DNA of 12,276 nt from Octopus sinensis (Eukaryota): NCBI RefSeq assembly GCF_006345805.1, contig NW_021826639.1, forward strand, positions 1-12,276. The letters run 5' to 3'. The notes beneath the pieces are model-generated. The model ran no database searches. It saw only the letters and a program-made list of their open reading frames with translations, and had not been told where the DNA came from. Made by a program: the position numbers and the translations under genes. Shown one piece after another: positions 9,004 through 12,276 of this stretch (position 1 is the stretch's first letter; each line of letters begins with the position of its first letter).

Positions 9004-9111
9004 ACGTGAAAATCAGACAAGGTTGGAATTCTTTTTATTATATATTCTTCTATACACAATCACACACACCCATATATATATATTCTATATTCCTATTGTG
9101 TATATGCCAAC

Positions 9112-10401
9112 ATGTCTGGAAAGCAACAAACAAAATTAACAGAATCAGAAAGAATTCTAATGGAAATTTCATCGAAATTATCAACACGCATCACGATGAT
9201 TGACACACAATCCTCTATTTTAAAGGAAATAGAAAAACAGTCTACAGACGGAAAACTTGGAAATGAACACATAAACTCTGAAATTAAGAATTTAGCTGAA
9301 ATGATACCAACAATTATAAAATCTACAAGAGAAAGCCTACCACAACCTCCTTGGATGTCAGAAATAAACGAAAGAAATCTGGAAAAAGAGGCACACCGAA
9401 AAAGAGAAGAGATACAGAAGACATGGAAAAAACTCCTTAACATAAGAAAACAAAACTTCTGGAAGGCATATAAATGCGAAAAATATGCTGAAATACATTC
9501 GAAATGGATATCTTTAGCGGCACCCATACTTCCTCGGAAGTACCTAATTAAAGAAATTGCAGGAGAACCAGAGGAAGAAACTAAACTTCGATGGGACCTT
9601 AGTTTGATAAAATTCAGGACCGACATCTCCATTACCCTGTCTAAACAATCCCGCTACAAAGCCAAATACGAAGCTATCGATGATCAAATCAGAGATGAAA
9701 TATCCAAACTAACGACCGGCAATATAACAGAAAAAATGCGAGAACTATGGATCAGAGATATCTCAAAAGAAGAAAGCAGATCAAGAAAGTTTTGGCAGCG
9801 GAAACAATTATTTCTCGACAAATATGCTACAAACTACGGTAAAGACAACAGAGCTCCAAGAAATAGCATTAAAAGTGGACAACCTCACCAACGCAACATA
9901 CACCAGAACACGTGGCAACATGAACACCTGTTTCACCACGAATCGAAGACGAACTACGGTAAGAACTCTTCCCATTTTGTATGCAAACACCCCAATGCAC
10001 ACAACATGAACAAAAAGCACAAACAAAATAGATATTGTTTTGAACAGACCATTAGCAGTAGAAATAACAGATCATTTTCAAGACCTCAACAGAGATTACC
10101 CACAAGAAACTGGACAAAAAACCGATCTAGATCTAGAAGTAAACCCAGATCATTTCTCCAGGTGGTTAAAAACAATGGTAACAAGAAATTGAAAAGTAGC
10201 ATACATAATACCAAAAACAAGACAGAAAACATAACGAAACCAAGTAAAGTACCACAACCAAAACGCAAAATTCATCAAGCAAACATCAACAGGAATATAA
10301 ATCATAACCAGAAAAAAATCCATTTTTTTACGTCAGGACAACAAACACCGGAGAAAGAAAAAATCCAAGAGGAAACATACCCCAAACAACTGAACGTATA
10401 G
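9112..10401 (+). CDS. PLE ORF1, 429 aa: helical/coiled-coil-like N-terminal half and a basic, probably disordered C-terminal half (putative nucleic-acid-binding, gag-like role)
   Basis: Uninterrupted ORF with good start context (GCCAACATG). Residues ~1-245 are E/K/R/L/I-rich with spaced Trp; the remainder is K/R/N/Q/H/S-rich (e.g. RSRSRSKPR). Lies between the pLTR and RT. Confidence 0.8.
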   Translation: MSGKQQTKLTESERILMEISSKLSTRITMIDTQSSILKEIEKQSTDGKLGNEHINSEIKNLAEMIPTIIKSTRESLPQPPWMSEINERNLEKEAHRKREEIQKTWKKLLNIRKQNFWKAYKCEKYAEIHSKWISLAAPILPRKYLIKEIAGEPEEETKLRWDLSLIKFRTDISITLSKQSRYKAKYEAIDDQIRDEISKLTTGNITEKMRELWIRDISKEESRSRKFWQRKQLFLDKYATNYGKDNRAPRNSIKSGQPHQRNIHQNTWQHEHLFHHESKTNYGKNSSHFVCKHPNAHNMNKKHKQNRYCFEQTISSRNNRSFSRPQQRLPTRNWTKNRSRSRSKPRSFLQVVKNNGNKKLKSSIHNTKNKTENITKPSKVPQPKRKIHQANINRNINHNQKKIHFFTSGQQTPEKEKIQEETYPKQLNV

Positions 10402-12276
10402 ATCCTAAAATAATTAATTTATCAAAAAGAGATTTTGACAATGATGAAATCCAACTTCTGTCAAAAGGACTGAAATTCACACCTACACCAACAGCCAACC
10501 ACCAAGAATTAAAGGAGGATATCCAAAAATTCTGTCGAAAATTACGACTTGTAGAATTCTTCGCTAACAAAAGTAATGAGATTGATGAATCCCTAGTAAG
10601 GAATAAATCAAATTTCACCCCACCAAAAGGAAGAAATAACTACCTTGACCAATACATTGATATCCTGTCTAAATTTCCCCTTAGACGCAATACCAATGTT
10701 AGGCCAAACATTAGCAAATCAGAGATGTCTGCATGTAAACGTATACAAAACGATCAAACAATAATAATTAAACAAGCAGATAAAGGTGGTGCAATTGTTA
10801 TTATGGATACCGAATACTATAAGGATTTGGTTGAAGACCAACTGAAGGATACAACCTTCTATTGTGAAATACCCGCAAATATAGACCACCACATCATGAA
10901 AAAGATCAACAACCTGATTTCAACACACCACAACTCACTTACGGATAATGAAAAAGACTACATCACCAATTTTGAACCAAAACCCAGCAACTTCTACGGC
11001 TTACCAAAAATACACAAATCAAAAAACATTCAACAGGCAGTAACAGAACAAGAAAGTGAGTACATAAAATTATTACATCCAAAAGACCTAAAACTTAGAC
11101 CTATTATAGCTGGTCCAGCATGCCCTACACACCGTCTAAGCAATTTTATTGACATTGTTTTGAAACCACTATGTACTTACATACCAAGTTTCATCAGGGA
11201 TGACATCGACTTCCTGTCCCATCTTCCCAAAACAACAGAAACAAATTCAGTTTTACTAAGTTTTGATGTGGTAAGCCTCTACACCAATATTCCACACGCT
11301 TTAGGAATAAAGGCGATTAAATACTGGTTAGAAAAACATAGAGAAGGGATTCCCAGCAGATTCACAGTGCCATTTATATTAGACACAGTCAAGCTTATTC
11401 TAGAAAATAACACATTCTTCTTCAATGGAAAGAATTACATCCAAATTAGAGGCACGGCGATGGGAACGAGGTTTGCTCCCGTTTACGCCAACTCTGTAAT
11501 GGGATACTTAGAAGAACAACTCTACCAAGAGGTGGAGGTAAACTATGGCACTGGGTTTAGAAAGTATATTGAAAAGGCATGGAAGAGATACCTAGACGAC
11601 TGTTTCATAATCTGGACAGAATCTCTAAATACTCTGGAAGAGTTCAATATCCTCCTGAACAACCTACACCCATCTCTCCAATTTACAAAGGAGATGAGTA
11701 GTACCAAATTACCATTCCTGGATATAATGGTAATTAAAAAAGACACCACCATCACCACAGATATATACTATAAACACACAGACACACATCAATACCTAAA
11801 TTTTAAGTCGTGCCATCCACCACATACAAAACGTAACATCCCATACTGCCTAGCCAGAAGAATTTGTACTATTGTAGAAGATGCAAATATCAGGAACAAA
11901 CGCCTAATAGAACTAAGAGAATTTTTGCTCAAACAAAAATACCCATCTCTACTTATAGAAAATGGCATACAGCGGGCTATAAAAATACCTATACAACAAC
12001 TTAGGACAACCCAAGGAAGAGGAAAACAAGAACAAGTCATACCATTCATAGTGACACACAACCCATGTCACCAGAATATCTTCAACATTGCCAAAGCAAA
12101 CCTACCAATCATTGCCCAAAGTAATGAATTAAAAGACATAATCACAGATCGAGCTATGGTGCTTAGTAAAAGACAGCCTAAAAACTTGAAAACATTACTA
12201 ACAAAGGCAAAATTTGACCTCAGCAACAAAGACCAAACATTCACGGTATCTAAATGCAATGATAGCCGATGTGGCA
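10308..12276 (+). CDS. PLE reverse transcriptase ORF (stop-free to window end; endonuclease expected downstream)
   Basis: Hand translation has no stop after TAA 10305-10307. Motifs: KIINLS..LLSKGLKFTPTP, ADKG (10776-10787), FYGLPKIHK (10992-11018), RPII, SFDVVSLYTNIP, QIRGTAMG, RYLDD (YLDD 11589-11600), LPFLD, YYKHTD..YL...SCHP, KRQPKNLK.LL, KCNDSRCG. Confidence 0.96.
10323..10329 (+). promoter_or_regulatory. Candidate -1 ribosomal frameshift slippery heptamer U_UUU_UUU
   Basis: ORF1 reads caT TTT TTT acg, so the X_XXY_YYZ heptamer is in the correct phase. The RT frame is -1 and opens 15 nt upstream. Confidence 0.6.

Larger units (their letters stand above)
8119..12276 (+). mobile_element. 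Penelope-like retroelement with C-terminal GIY-YIG (Neptune/Nematis-type), partial-tandem pseudo-LTR structure; 3' end beyond window
   Basis: Order: truncated GIY-YIG + 3'UTR + hammerhead + AATAAA, then ORF1, then PLE RT ending in a Cys-rich linker (KCNDSRCG). This matches the known PLE arrangement in which a 5'-truncated copy serves as the pLTR. The clade assignment is inference. Confidence 0.92.

Noticed and set aside
10322-10393. Third-frame basic peptide FLRQDNKHRRKKKSKRKH as the RT N-terminus
   Set aside because: It terminates at TGA 10391-10393 and is not in frame with RT. It could be an ancestral ORF1 tail if this copy carries compensating indels, which needs a family alignment.
9093-12259. 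Minus-strand ORFs over ORF1 and RT (e.g. 9093-9632, 179 aa)
   Set aside because: Antisense shadows of A-rich coding sequence with no recognisable motifs.
10308-12276. Naiad-type selenoprotein or N-terminal endonuclease PLE
   Set aside because: No in-frame TGA in the RT frame and no GIY-YIG before RT within the ORFs; the GIY-YIG fragment ends in a stop and 3'UTR, so the domain is C-terminal.

Overview
Eukaryotic, AT-rich, repeat-dense intronic DNA. The repeat types and the ankyrin gene suggest a mollusc, probably a cephalopod (inference only). Two + strand exons of an ankyrin-repeat gene (3640-3849, 7384-7562; GT-AG sites, compatible phase) sit among two decayed, 5'-truncated RTE-type LINEs on the - strand, Helitron-like non-autonomous elements, a diverged ~210-bp inverted repeat and microsatellites. 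The main feature is an apparently intact Penelope-like retroelement (PLE) from ~8119 to past the window end, inserted in sense orientation into a TA/TACA microsatellite downstream of the second exon. It begins with a pseudo-LTR: the C-terminal half of a GIY-YIG endonuclease, a 3'UTR, a CCAAT/TATA promoter-like block, a minimal type-I hammerhead ribozyme (8864-8908) and AATAAA. Next come a 429-aa helical/basic ORF1 and an uninterrupted RT ORF (10308->12276), which the ORF track misses because it has no stop in the window. The RT ORF is in the -1 frame relative to ORF1, has no ATG before its conserved N-terminus, and overlaps ORF1 at an in-phase U_UUU_UUU heptamer, a candidate gag-pol-like programmed -1 frameshift. 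All motif calls were made by eye; no searches were run.
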